Of a DNA stretch of 64,000 bases, positions 27,979 through 40,177 are shown piece after piece. The stretch is from Candidatus Woesearchaeota archaeon. Its GTDB lineage: Archaea; Nanobdellota; Nanobdellia; SCGC-AAA011-G17; JACPIM01. Location: NCBI GenBank assembly GCA_964513145.1, contig CAZELK010000001.1, forward strand, positions 1 through 64,000, given 5' to 3'. The position numbers were made by a program, and so were the translations under genes. Under the pieces are notes generated by a model. The model was given only the letters and a program-made list of their open reading frames with translations, was not told the DNA's origin and ran no database searches. How positions within the stretch are numbered: position 1 is the stretch's first letter; every line of letters begins with the position of its first letter.

Positions 27979-28325
27979 AAAAGACCATCCTGCTCCTGAA
28001 GCACTGTTTCATTATATGATAAAATAACATAAACTCCAAAGGCATCAATTTTTTTATTATCCCCATTAATTTTAAAAGAGATATTATCACTTGGTGTTTC
28101 TAATTTAATCAGCTTATTTCCGTATATTTTATCTGCGTATTCTTTTGCTTTTTCTTCCAAATGTTTTTTTATCAATGACTCTGTTTCAAAAGAAGGCTTT
28201 GTTAGACCATGAGACAAATTTAAATCCTCAATAAAATTTCTTATAGCGACTTCTATTACAACTCTTTTTACCAAATCAACATTTTTTATTATTACGTCTT
28301 CTTCACTGCCTGGTGTTTTCTCCAT
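27975..28325 (-). CDS. Hypothetical protein
   Basis: Overlap-coupled ORF. Confidence 0.5.
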   Translation of the reverse strand: MEKTPGSEEDVIIKNVDLVKRVVIEVAIRNFIEDLNLSHGLTKPSFETESLIKKHLEEKAKEYADKIYGNKLIKLETPSDNISFKINGDNKKIDAFGVYVILSYNETVLQEQDGLF

Positions 28326-28887
28326 TTTGATCTCCTATTTTTATTTCTGGATTTAAATGAAGAATATATTCAAATGACACTGCTTTAAATCCATTTCCAA
28401 TGTCTTCAGCTTTTAAGTTTCTAACTTGAGCATCTATGTATCTTTCACCATATATTTTTTTAACTTCCTGATCAAATAATTCTGGAACAAAATCTATTCC
28501 AGGTGCATCACCTTGGATTAAATGCGTTCCCCCAAGAATTAATTCTTCGACTAATCTTGATGATTTTGTAAAAACGCGAATATCTTTTATTAGATTTTCT
28601 TTAATTTCTAGTTGTGGAATTGGAGTTTGATGTTCTAATTCAACTATTAATTCTAATTTTGCTTTCATAACTGAGTTACTATTACTGTCAAATGTTATAA
28701 TTGGATATTTTAATCTTGAAGAAATATATCTTGAGCCGTAGTTTTCCTTTAATACTTTATGGGCATCTTCTTCTAATGAATATGAAGTTGGCTTGCTATC
28801 ATTTAATAAATTTATATTAACTTCGACTACTTTACCTTTTTCATGGTCAGAGACTTCCTTTAACACAATTTCCTTTAAATTTTTCAT
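28303..28887 (-). CDS. Hypothetical protein
   Basis: Overlap-coupled ORF. Confidence 0.55.
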   Translation of the reverse strand: MKNLKEIVLKEVSDHEKGKVVEVNINLLNDSKPTSYSLEEDAHKVLKENYGSRYISSRLKYPIITFDSNSNSVMKAKLELIVELEHQTPIPQLEIKENLIKDIRVFTKSSRLVEELILGGTHLIQGDAPGIDFVPELFDQEVKKIYGERYIDAQVRNLKAEDIGNGFKAVSFEYILHLNPEIKIGDQNGENTRQ

Positions 28888-29177
28888 TTTGTTTTTTGAA
28901 TTATTTCTCTTTTTTTAACATCATAGACTGCCATTATGTTTATATTAGTTACTCTGTAAGAAACATTAATTGATTTAAGCTTAAAGTCACGAATAAACTC
29001 TGATTTTTCATTTTGCAAGTAACTATTAAATATTACTCCTGCTTCTGCTTCGATCCTCTTGGCGTAATCATGCTCATTATCAAACATAGGCCAAGTCAGA
29101 CCAGTTATTTCAACTGTTATTTCCCCAATACCAAATACCCTTAAATCTTCTCTTATTGTCAGTTTTGATTCCAGCAT
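28884..29177 (-). CDS. Hypothetical protein
   Basis: Overlap-coupled ORF. Confidence 0.5.
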   Translation of the reverse strand: MLESKLTIREDLRVFGIGEITVEITGLTWPMFDNEHDYAKRIEAEAGVIFNSYLQNEKSEFIRDFKLKSINVSYRVTNINIMAVYDVKKREIIQKTK

Positions 29178-29474
29178 ATTTTTTTATTCTTGTTTTATTT
29201 TATAAATTCTTTTATTCTGAAGGGTTAGTGCATAATTAAAACCTTTAATCAGAATTTCTATAAAATTAAGGACGAAACACCATTTTTACATAAACATTTT
29301 GATGGTCGAGTATTACTTGGATTCTATTTCGCACCAACCCCTATTCTGGAAATGTAGCTTTGAGGAGCGTTAAATATTTTTTATGATAAAGAGAATAAAT
29401 ATCTAGAAAAATGCAAATTTGACCAAGTTTTGTATTAGTAATATTTATATAATTAAATTTTAAATTTTTAGGGA

Positions 29475-30779
29475 ATGTCCAGAATAAAAAAACAAGAAAT
29501 CTTGGAAGAACCTAAGAAATTTATTAAGAAGGAAGTTTCCAAAGTAACCCCTGAATTTTATGTACAACCAGAGATAAATGTAGGCACGATTGGACAGGTT
29601 GATAATGGCAAAACTTCAGTTGTAAAAATCTTAACAGGAAAATGGGCTGATACACATTCTGAAGAGTTAAAAAAAGGGATTACAATAAGATTGGGGTATG
29701 CTGATGCTTCTTTTTATTATTGTGACAAATGCAAAAAATATGGAAATTTGAATAAGTGTCATTCATGCGGATGGCAAGCTAAATTTCTGAGAAGGGTTTC
29801 TTTTGTTGATGCGCCAGGACATGAAACTTTAATGGCAACTATGCTGTCTGGTGCAGCTATTATGGATGGAGCTATTTTGCTTATTGCAGCAAATGAGAAA
29901 TGCCCACAACCACAAACAAGGGAGCATTTAATGGCTTTAGAAATTATAGGGATAAAAAATATTGTTATAGCCCAAAACAAGATTGATTTGGTTAATGATG
30001 AAGAAGCTTTAGAAAATTATAACCAAATTAAGTCCTTTATTAAAGGAACAATTGCAGAGAATGCACCGATAATTCCAATTTCAGCACAACACAATATCAA
30101 CATAGATCTCCTGATCAAGGCTATTGAAGATGTTATTAAAACGCCGAAAAGAAATGACAAAGATGACCCTTTAATGTTTATTGTAAGAAGCTTTGATATC
30201 AATAAACCAGGAAATAAAATCTCAGATTTAAAAGGGGGAGTTTTAGGCGGGGCTTTAAAAAAGGGAGTTTTCAAAATAAATGATGAAATTGAAATCAAGC
30301 CAGGATTGAAAATTGAGAAAGAAGGAAAATTGATCTGGAAACCTGTAATAACGAAAATATCCGGATTAAAAAGTGGCGGGCAGGAAATAGAAACTGTAAG
30401 ACCTGGGGGATCAATTGGGGTTTTAACTTTATTAGACCCAAGTATTGTCAAGGCAGACCAATTATCTGGAAATGTTTTGGGATTAAAAGGAAAATTGCCT
30501 GATGTGTGGTACAGCTTTACTTTGAAACCATTTTTATTAAAAAGAGTGGTTGGGGCAAAGGAAGAATTAAATGTTGATCCTTTAAGAAAATTGGAACCAT
30601 TAATGCTTAATGTTAATTCAAGTTTAACTGTCGGAATAATTGATGACTTAAAGAAAGGGGTTGCGCATTTAAATTTGAAATTACCTGTCTGTTGCTATAA
30701 AACTGATAGAGTAACTATTTCAAGAAGATTTGGCGACAGATGGAGATTAATCGGCTATGCAGAAATTGTTGATAAATGA
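29475..30779 (+). CDS. eif2g: Translation initiation factor 2 gamma subunit
   Basis: DTHSEELKKGITIRLG, Zn knuckle, DAPGHE, CPQPQTREH. Confidence 0.95.
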   Translation: MSRIKKQEILEEPKKFIKKEVSKVTPEFYVQPEINVGTIGQVDNGKTSVVKILTGKWADTHSEELKKGITIRLGYADASFYYCDKCKKYGNLNKCHSCGWQAKFLRRVSFVDAPGHETLMATMLSGAAIMDGAILLIAANEKCPQPQTREHLMALEIIGIKNIVIAQNKIDLVNDEEALENYNQIKSFIKGTIAENAPIIPISAQHNINIDLLIKAIEDVIKTPKRNDKDDPLMFIVRSFDINKPGNKISDLKGGVLGGALKKGVFKINDEIEIKPGLKIEKEGKLIWKPVITKISGLKSGGQEIETVRPGGSIGVLTLLDPSIVKADQLSGNVLGLKGKLPDVWYSFTLKPFLLKRVVGAKEELNVDPLRKLEPLMLNVNSSLTVGIIDDLKKGVAHLNLKLPVCCYKTDRVTISRRFGDRWRLIGYAEIVDK

Positions 30780-30959
30780 AATTTAATTTTCTTTGGAAAA
30801 AAATCTTTTTCTATTTATATGTAAACTTAATTTTCGTTAATTTACTTTACTTTTGAAATGTTTCTGGATTTTTCATGGAAGTTATTATTAAGCTTAAAAT
30901 ACAAATTTATTATTAGCAAATAATTGTGGTTATCTATTAACTGCATATATGATAGAAAA

Positions 30960-31193
30960 ATGAAACCTGAAAATATGTCTATTTATTATGATGGAGAGGG
31001 AGATTATTTAGAAATATATTTTGGTAAAATAAGAAAAGGTTATTTTAAAGAAATTGGTAATAAAAACTTTGAAAGAATAGATGCAAAAACAGGAAAAGTT
31101 GTCGGGATTTCTATTATGGATTTTAAGAGAAAAACAGAAAAAATAAAAGATTTGAAAATTAAACTACCATTTAAATTGGAAATCGTTTCTTAA
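30960..31193 (+). CDS. DUF2283-like protein
   Basis: IYYDGEGDYLEI...GKVVGISI. Confidence 0.7.
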   Translation: MKPENMSIYYDGEGDYLEIYFGKIRKGYFKEIGNKNFERIDAKTGKVVGISIMDFKRKTEKIKDLKIKLPFKLEIVS

Positions 31194-31216
31194 ATAAGCA
31201 AAATTAGTTGAGCTAT

Positions 31217-33622
31217 TTATTCCTTACTTATCTTGGCTATATTTGCTACAGAATCGTTTTCATTTAATCTGATTAAATGTACGCCAGAGGTATTTCTACC
31301 AATTATGTTTATATCTTTTACATTTAATCTAATTATCTGACCTTTTTTAGTTATAATAATAAGTTCGTCATTATCATTTACAATTGAAGTAGAAACTACA
31401 AAACTATTTTTTTCACTAATTTTAATATTTCTGACGCCTTTTCCGCCTCTTCTAATTAGAGCGTATTCTTCCAGACTGGTTCTTTTTCCAAATCCTTTTT
31501 CAGTAACTGTCAGCAAAGTATAACCATGAATTACAATCTCAAGACCAATTAATTCATCTTTTTCCTGCAGTTTTATTCCTCTTACACCTGTTGAATTTCT
31601 CCCTACTTCATTTATGTCTTTTTCATGGAACCTAATTGCTTTTCCTAATTTTGAAGTTAAAATTAATTCAGAATTATTATCTGTTAAAATAACTTTTACT
31701 ACTTCATCATTTTCACGCAAATTTATTGCTTTAATTCCGGATTTTCTTATATTTGAGTATTCCATTAAACTTGTTTTTTTAATTACTCCTTTTTTAGTTG
31801 AGAATACAAGATATTGGTTTTCTTTGTAATCTTTAATTGATAAAATTGTGTTTACTTTTTCATTTTCTTCCAAGTTTAGCAAATTAACAATTGCTTTTCC
31901 TTTTGCTTGTCTTGATACTTCTGGAATCTCATAACCTTTTAGCCAGAAGACTTTTCCTTTATTTGTGAAAAACATTAAAGTGTTTAGGTTGCTTGTCACA
32001 ATCATGTTTTTCACTATATCTTCTTCATCTTTTGTTGATGTAGCCTGAATACCTTTTCCACCTCTTCCTTGCTGTTTATATGTTGTTAATGGAACCTGCT
32101 TAATATAACCAGAATATGTTAAAGTTACAACAATATTTTCTTCTTTTATCAGATCTTCCCGTACTATAGCATCAACTTCCTCTTCAACAATTTCTGTTCT
32201 TCTTTTGTCTGAGTATTTTTCTTTTAATTCTGTTAATTCCTGTCTTATTATTTCTATTATTTTTATTTCTGAAGCTAGAATTGATCTTAATTCTTCGATT
32301 AATTTCTTTGTTTTTTCCAATTCTTCCAAAACTTTTTTAGTTTCTAAATTTGTCAATCTTTGAAGACGCATTTCTAGAATTGCTATGCTTTGTTTTTCTG
32401 TTAAATTAAAATTAGCAGATAAATTAGTTTTAGCTGTCTCTGCATTTTCAGACTGCTTGATTAATTCAATGACTTTGTCTATATTTGACAAGGCAATCTG
32501 TAAACCTTCCAGAATATGGGCTTTCTCTTCAGCTTTGTTTAAATCGAATTTAGTTCTTTTTACAATAACTTGTTTTCTATGTAAAATGTAATTCTCAATT
32601 ATTTCTTTTAAATTTAAGACCCTGGGCTCATTATTTACTAGTGCGAGCATAATTACACCAAAAGTATTTTGCAATCCAGAATGCTTGTATAATTGATTTA
32701 AAATTAATTTTGGATCTTCATCTTTTTTAAGATGAATTATAACCCTTATACCAGTCTTGTCTGTTTCATCTCTTATATCTTTTATTCCTTCTACAACTCC
32801 TTCTTTAACTAAATTAGCTATACCTTCTATCAACAAGGATTTATTTAACTGATAAGGGATTTCTTTTATTATTATTTTATTGTCTTCAATTTCTGTTTTG
32901 GCTCTTACAATTAATTTTCCCTTTCCAGTCTTGTAATAATCTTCAACCCCTTTTTTTCCATTAATTATAGCGCCAGTTGGAAAATCCGGACCTTTAATTA
33001 TTTTCATTAATTCAGTAACATCAGCGCCAGGATTTTCTAATATTAATAATGTACCATTAATAATTTCTGATACATTATGGGGCGGAATATTTGTTGCCAT
33101 TCCGACTGCAATTCCTGTTGAACCGTTAATTAATAAGTTAGGTAATTTAGCAGGCAATACAACTGGTTCTTTTAAATTTCCATCAAAATTTGGTATAAAA
33201 TCAACTGTTTCTTTTTCAATATCTAATAACATTTCTTCAGCTAAAGCATCTAATTTTGCCTCTGTATATCTGTAAGCTGCTGGCGGGTCTCCATCAATTG
33301 AACCCCAGTTACCTTGCCCTACTATTAATTTATATCTTAAATTCCATTCCTGTCCTAATCTAACCAACGCATCATAAACAGAACTATCACCATGCGGGTG
33401 GTATTTTTTTAAAACATCTCCAACAATACCAGCGCATTTTGTGAATCTCTTATTGTGCTGCAGCCCCATTTCGTGCATTGCATAAAGAATTCTTCTATGA
33501 ACTGGCTTCAATCCGTCTTTTACATCAGGCAAGGCTCTTCCAATAATAACTGACATAGAATAATCCAAGTAAGCTTCTTTTAGTTGATCTTCAACAATTG
33601 ACTGCTTTATTTCCTGGCTCAT
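31217..33622 (-). CDS. gyrA: DNA gyrase subunit A
   Basis: DGLKPVHRR, HPHGD, AAYRYTE, GyrA-box QGRGGKG. Confidence 0.97.
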   Translation of the reverse strand: MSQEIKQSIVEDQLKEAYLDYSMSVIIGRALPDVKDGLKPVHRRILYAMHEMGLQHNKRFTKCAGIVGDVLKKYHPHGDSSVYDALVRLGQEWNLRYKLIVGQGNWGSIDGDPPAAYRYTEAKLDALAEEMLLDIEKETVDFIPNFDGNLKEPVVLPAKLPNLLINGSTGIAVGMATNIPPHNVSEIINGTLLILENPGADVTELMKIIKGPDFPTGAIINGKKGVEDYYKTGKGKLIVRAKTEIEDNKIIIKEIPYQLNKSLLIEGIANLVKEGVVEGIKDIRDETDKTGIRVIIHLKKDEDPKLILNQLYKHSGLQNTFGVIMLALVNNEPRVLNLKEIIENYILHRKQVIVKRTKFDLNKAEEKAHILEGLQIALSNIDKVIELIKQSENAETAKTNLSANFNLTEKQSIAILEMRLQRLTNLETKKVLEELEKTKKLIEELRSILASEIKIIEIIRQELTELKEKYSDKRRTEIVEEEVDAIVREDLIKEENIVVTLTYSGYIKQVPLTTYKQQGRGGKGIQATSTKDEEDIVKNMIVTSNLNTLMFFTNKGKVFWLKGYEIPEVSRQAKGKAIVNLLNLEENEKVNTILSIKDYKENQYLVFSTKKGVIKKTSLMEYSNIRKSGIKAINLRENDEVVKVILTDNNSELILTSKLGKAIRFHEKDINEVGRNSTGVRGIKLQEKDELIGLEIVIHGYTLLTVTEKGFGKRTSLEEYALIRRGGKGVRNIKISEKNSFVVSTSIVNDNDELIIITKKGQIIRLNVKDINIIGRNTSGVHLIRLNENDSVANIAKISKE

Positions 33623-35575
<1,953 letters not shown>

Positions 35576-35680
35576 CTATTTGAAAAAATAGTTCAAACTT
35601 TAAATACTTTTCTAAGGCTAAAAATGTATTTAATTGTATTTATAGGGCTTATAGAGTCATAGTACACTTCTAAAAATAGT

Positions 35681-35958
35681 GTAGGCATCCCAGTTCAGAG
35701 CACACGAAGACAATAGCTACCCTGGTTTTTCCTTTGTTCTGCTACCCTAACGACACCAAATCATATGCTTAAGGCTGCTTTGAACAAGCTTAGCTTTCTG
35801 TTCCCAGCCTGACCTGGTTCACATATGAAATGACCCGCCAGGACAAAACATCATTGTACAAACCAAGACTATTATCTTAGTATACTCTTATCCGGGCCTT
35901 CAGTTTCCCATAAAGTCCGTTTGGAAAATGCAGAGGACTAGCCTGCTACCTAGCCTAC
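35681..35958 (-). ncRNA. ffs: SRP RNA with an 18-nt BHB-type intron at 35780-35797
   Basis: Terminal GUAGGC/GCCUAC helix. Long helix 5 (agaguauac/gugugcucu, aagauaauagu/gcuauugucuu, cuugguuu/aaaccagg). GAACCAGGUCAGG...AGCAGCCUUAAG helix-8 flanks. TTTATAAA TATA about 23-30 nt upstream. Confidence 0.88.
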
Positions 35959-35991
35959 GCAATAACTATTAAGTATATAGTTTATAAAGTT

Positions 35992-36531
35992 TTATTTTAA
36001 TATTATTTCATTATAAATATTTGAAGTTCTTTTTTCTAAGTCTTCTGTATCCAAATATAGTCTACAGCTTTCTAAAAACTTAACTGCCTCTGAAAGATGG
36101 CAGTGCCAGAAATATTCCTGTCTTTTAATTTGATCTGCTTTTACTTTAATTGCCCCCAGCATACGACGATCTTCATTTTTTAATTCAGGAATATGCGGTT
36201 CTGAAAAACTTAAAATATCTTCAAGCAAGATTATTGCAGCTCTTTTTAATTCATAATCAAAAGTTGAATTTAAATTAACTATTTTCTGATATTTTGTATG
36301 TACTTTATTTAATTCTTTTAATTGTGTTTCAGTTATATATGATTTTTTCTTAATATACTTTAAAGTTTTTTTAGTTTGATTTTGTAAATTATACAAGTGA
36401 TTATTTGTTGTAAGCCTTGATTCAAAAGGACTTATTTTTTCATCATGCAATATTCTGCTGAATTCTTTTAAGAATTTACTGCATTTATGCTTTTCAAGTC
36501 TTTTTTGCATACTATCAATACATAATGGCAT
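35992..36531 (-). CDS. Hypothetical protein
   Basis: ORF only; start uncertain. Confidence 0.5.
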   Translation of the reverse strand: MPLCIDSMQKRLEKHKCSKFLKEFSRILHDEKISPFESRLTTNNHLYNLQNQTKKTLKYIKKKSYITETQLKELNKVHTKYQKIVNLNSTFDYELKRAAIILLEDILSFSEPHIPELKNEDRRMLGAIKVKADQIKRQEYFWHCHLSEAVKFLESCRLYLDTEDLEKRTSNIYNEIILK

Positions 36532-36593
36532 TATTTAAGACATTAGTAAGATTTATATATATGTATGTATGTACATATTTACAGGTGATCAAG

Positions 36594-37139
36594 ATGAAGA
36601 GCAAAGTTTGGAGAAGCGGGAACAGCTGGGTAATTACAATACCTTCTGAAATAGCTGGAAAACTTAATTTAATGGAAAGAAAATTAATTGATTTTGATAT
36701 CAAGGATGTTTTTGAAGAAACAGAAAAACTATTTGACAATATGTTTGGGAGTGATAATATGCCAGGTATAGAACCTCTAAAAAAATTAGGAAGAAATTTA
36801 CAATTCAGACAACCTTTAATGGATTTAAAGGAGAATGAAAGAGAATTTATTGCAAATATCGAAATACCTGGTGTTGACAAAAAAGATATTCAATTAAAAA
36901 TTACAGACAATGTTTTAGAAATTAAAGTTGAAAAGAAATCAGAAGTTAATATTTCAAATGAAGAAGAAGGACTTGTAAGATCAGAAAGAGTTTACAATGG
37001 ATTTTATAGATCAATGAGTTTGCCTTCTAAAGTGATTTCTGAAAAAGCCAAAGCTTCTTATAGAAATGGTGTTTTAGAAGTCAGGCTCCCAAAGACTATG
37101 AATGAGAAAAGGAATTCCAATAACATACCTATTGAATGA
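36594..37139 (+). CDS. AbrB-like N-terminus fused to an Hsp20 alpha-crystallin domain
   Basis: KVWRSGNSWVITIP, then EIPGVDKKDI...GFYRSMSLP...ASYRNGVLEVRLPK. AGGTGA RBS. Confidence 0.85.
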   Translation: MKSKVWRSGNSWVITIPSEIAGKLNLMERKLIDFDIKDVFEETEKLFDNMFGSDNMPGIEPLKKLGRNLQFRQPLMDLKENEREFIANIEIPGVDKKDIQLKITDNVLEIKVEKKSEVNISNEEEGLVRSERVYNGFYRSMSLPSKVISEKAKASYRNGVLEVRLPKTMNEKRNSNNIPIE

Positions 37140-37158
37140 TTTTTGTAAAATTTGACAT

Positions 37159-37695
37159 ATGGAAAACGAACATAGTGAAAAAAAGCACAAAGACAAAAAG
37201 AAATTAGAGCAAGACATAATCAACTTATCTAATGATCTCCGTGAAAAATCAAGTCTTGCTGAAGATAGATTAAACCAATTAAGATATCTTCAAGCAGACT
37301 TTGATAATTATAGAAAGAAATTTGACAAGGAAAAAGAAGACATCATAAAACTGGCAAATGAAAATTTAGTGAAAGAGCTTTTGGTTATAGCTGATGATTT
37401 TGAGAGATGTGTAAAAGAAACTCATGATGACAAGATAAAAAAAGGATTAGAATTAGTTTATAAAAATTTTTTAAAAATTTTGGAGAAATACGGACTAAAG
37501 CAAATAGAATCAATAGGGAAAAAATTTGACCCTAATTATCACGAAGTTTTAATGAAAGAAAATTCTGATAAAGACGGGGTTATTTTGGATGAGATTCAAA
37601 AGGGATTCATGTTAAAAAATAAAGTTATCAGGACTTCAAAAGTAAAAATTGGTGAAAAACAAAATTTAGAAAAGAATAATGTTATGGGGGAATAA
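37159..37695 (+). CDS. grpE: GrpE
   Basis: ADFDNYRK, FDPNYHE, KGF..K.KVIR. Confidence 0.95.
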   Translation: MENEHSEKKHKDKKKLEQDIINLSNDLREKSSLAEDRLNQLRYLQADFDNYRKKFDKEKEDIIKLANENLVKELLVIADDFERCVKETHDDKIKKGLELVYKNFLKILEKYGLKQIESIGKKFDPNYHEVLMKENSDKDGVILDEIQKGFMLKNKVIRTSKVKIGEKQNLEKNNVMGE

Positions 37696-37698
37696 AAA

Positions 37699-39558
37699 AT
37701 GAGTAAAGAGAAAATAATTGGAATAGATTTAGGTACGACAAATTCAGAAGCAGCAGTTATGCTGGGCGGGAAACCTACAATAGTTCCATCTGCTGAAGGT
37801 GCAACTGTTGCTGGGAAAATGTTTCCTTCTGTTGTTGCGTTTACAAAAGATGGGCAGTTGTTAGTTGGAGAACCTGCGAGGAGACAGGCAGTAAGCAATC
37901 CTGATGGAACTGTTATGGCTGCAAAAAGAAAAATTGGCGCAGACTATAAATTTAAAATTTATGGCAAGGAATACACACCACAACAAATCTCGGCTTATAT
38001 ATTACAAAAAATAAAGAAAGATGCTGAAGCTTTTTTAGGCGAGGAAATAAAAAAGGTTGTAATTACTGTTCCAGCTTATTTTAATGACAATCAAAGAACA
38101 GCAACAAAAGATGCCGGAAAAATTGCCGGCCTGGATGTTATAAGACTAGTTAATGAACCTACTGCAGCTTCAATGGCTTATGGTTTAGACAAAGAAGGGC
38201 AAGAGCAAAAAATACTAGTTTTTGATTTGGGCGGAGGAACTTTAGATGTAACTATTATGGAATTTGGGGATGGAACATTTACTGTTTTGTCTACTTCAGG
38301 AGATACACAATTAGGCGGAACTGATATGGACAAGGCTGTGATTGACTGGATTGTTAGTGAATTTAAAAAACAAGAAAATGTTGATTTAACAAAGGATAAA
38401 GCAGCTGTACAAAGAGTCAGGGATGCAGCAGAAAAAGCAAAAATAGAATTGAGTACTGTTTTAGAAACTGAAATTAATTTGCCATATATTACTGCAGACA
38501 AAGAAGGACCAAAACATTTAGTTTTAAAATTATCAAGAGCAAAGTTAGAACAATTACTTCAGCCCATAATTGACAGATGCATACACCCTGTTGAGCAGGC
38601 AATGAAGGATGCTAATTTAACTAAAGATGACATTAAAAAAGTAATTTTAGTCGGCGGACCAACAAGAATGCCAGTTGTCCAAAAATTTATTGAAGAAAAG
38701 GTAGGAAAAAAACTTGAACATGGCGTAGATCCAATGGAATGTGTAGCTGCTGGTGCTGCAATTCAAGGAGCTATTCTTTCAGGAGATGTAAAGGATTTAG
38801 TCTTGCTTGATGTTACACCCTTAACTTTAGGAATAGAAACTTTAGGCAGTGTTATGACGCCTTTAATTGAAAGGAATACTACAATTCCAACCAAAAAAAG
38901 CCAGGTATTTTCTACTGCTGCTGATTTTCAAACTGCAGTAACTGTACATGTTTTACAAGGAGAAAGACCTATAGCAAAGGATAATACAAGTCTGGGTCAA
39001 TTTAATTTAATTGGAGTTCCTCCAGCACCAAGGGGAGTGCCCCAGATTGAAGTTACTTTTGATATAGATGCTTCTGGAATTTTAAATGTACATGCAAAGG
39101 ACTTGGGTACTGGAAAAGAACAGAAGATGACAATTACAGCATCAACAAAATTAAATGACAAAGAAGTTGAAAGAATGGTTAAAGAGGCTAAAGAACATGA
39201 GGAAGAAGACAAAAAAAGAAAAGAAGAAATAGAAATCAAAAACAATGCTGACTCCCTGATTTATACTACAGAAAAAACACTTTCTGATTTGGGAGACAAA
39301 TTAGATAAGCAACATAAAGAAAAAATTGAAGGTGCTTTGAAAACTGCAAAAGATGCTTTAGCTACTAATGACCTGGAAAAAATAAAAAAAGAAACTGACA
39401 ATTTACAAAAAATTGTGCAGGAAGCCGGGGCTTCTATTTATGCTGAGGCAATGAAACAAGGGGCACAACAAGAAGAAACAAAAGAAAATACAAAGACAAA
39501 AAACAAGAAAGACAAAGTAGTAGATGCTGATTTCAAAGTTGAAGATGATAACAAATAA
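37699..39558 (+). CDS. dnaK: DnaK
   Basis: [23 protein letters not shown]. Confidence 0.98.
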   Translation: MSKEKIIGIDLGTTNSEAAVMLGGKPTIVPSAEGATVAGKMFPSVVAFTKDGQLLVGEPARRQAVSNPDGTVMAAKRKIGADYKFKIYGKEYTPQQISAYILQKIKKDAEAFLGEEIKKVVITVPAYFNDNQRTATKDAGKIAGLDVIRLVNEPTAASMAYGLDKEGQEQKILVFDLGGGTLDVTIMEFGDGTFTVLSTSGDTQLGGTDMDKAVIDWIVSEFKKQENVDLTKDKAAVQRVRDAAEKAKIELSTVLETEINLPYITADKEGPKHLVLKLSRAKLEQLLQPIIDRCIHPVEQAMKDANLTKDDIKKVILVGGPTRMPVVQKFIEEKVGKKLEHGVDPMECVAAGAAIQGAILSGDVKDLVLLDVTPLTLGIETLGSVMTPLIERNTTIPTKKSQVFSTAADFQTAVTVHVLQGERPIAKDNTSLGQFNLIGVPPAPRGVPQIEVTFDIDASGILNVHAKDLGTGKEQKMTITASTKLNDKEVERMVKEAKEHEEEDKKRKEEIEIKNNADSLIYTTEKTLSDLGDKLDKQHKEKIEGALKTAKDALATNDLEKIKKETDNLQKIVQEAGASIYAEAMKQGAQQEETKENTKTKNKKDKVVDADFKVEDDNK

Positions 39559-40177
39559 ACAACATGGGGCTATAACAAAATCAGTACGACTTGGATTACA
39601 AATTCAAAAAGACTATCCCCAAGTAGCTGGAAGCCATATATCTGGAAATTCTTTAACAGAAATAACTAAAAATTTTTGTTTTCAAATTATTTATGGAACT
39701 GATTTTAAAATAGCTAGGGAAGCAGTTAGAAAAGCTTTATCAGGATATAATGGAAATTTAAGAGATTTTCCAGAAAGATACTCTGGTTTAATAAACCAGG
39801 ACGAACTAAAAAAACTAGAAAAAATCCATAAACTTGATGGAGCAAAAAAGGCTTTAGAAAATAGACTTGGAATTTGTGGTTTGACAATTGAAGAAAGAAA
39901 AATTTATTCTAGAGAGGCTGTAATAGCACAAGGAAAAACTCCATGGATTGAAAGAAAAGAAACAGAAAATTTCAGTAATTTATCAGAAATAGAATTCGCC
40001 TATATGCTTTCACAGTCTTCTGAATTTTTATTAATGCGGGGAACAAATAAAGGAAAAGTTAATTTGGAGAAAATAGCTAGCTTATTAAACCAATTTTATC
40101 ATTATGATAGAAAAATAAGAACAGCTGATAATTTGTCTGTAAAGTTAGTTCGGTTTAGAAAAATGAAAAATGGCTAA
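39545..40177 (+). CDS. Hypothetical protein between dnaK and dnaJ
   Basis: Overlaps both neighbours. Confidence 0.65.
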   Translation: MITNKQHGAITKSVRLGLQIQKDYPQVAGSHISGNSLTEITKNFCFQIIYGTDFKIAREAVRKALSGYNGNLRDFPERYSGLINQDELKKLEKIHKLDGAKKALENRLGICGLTIEERKIYSREAVIAQGKTPWIERKETENFSNLSEIEFAYMLSQSSEFLLMRGTNKGKVNLEKIASLLNQFYHYDRKIRTADNLSVKLVRFRKMKNG

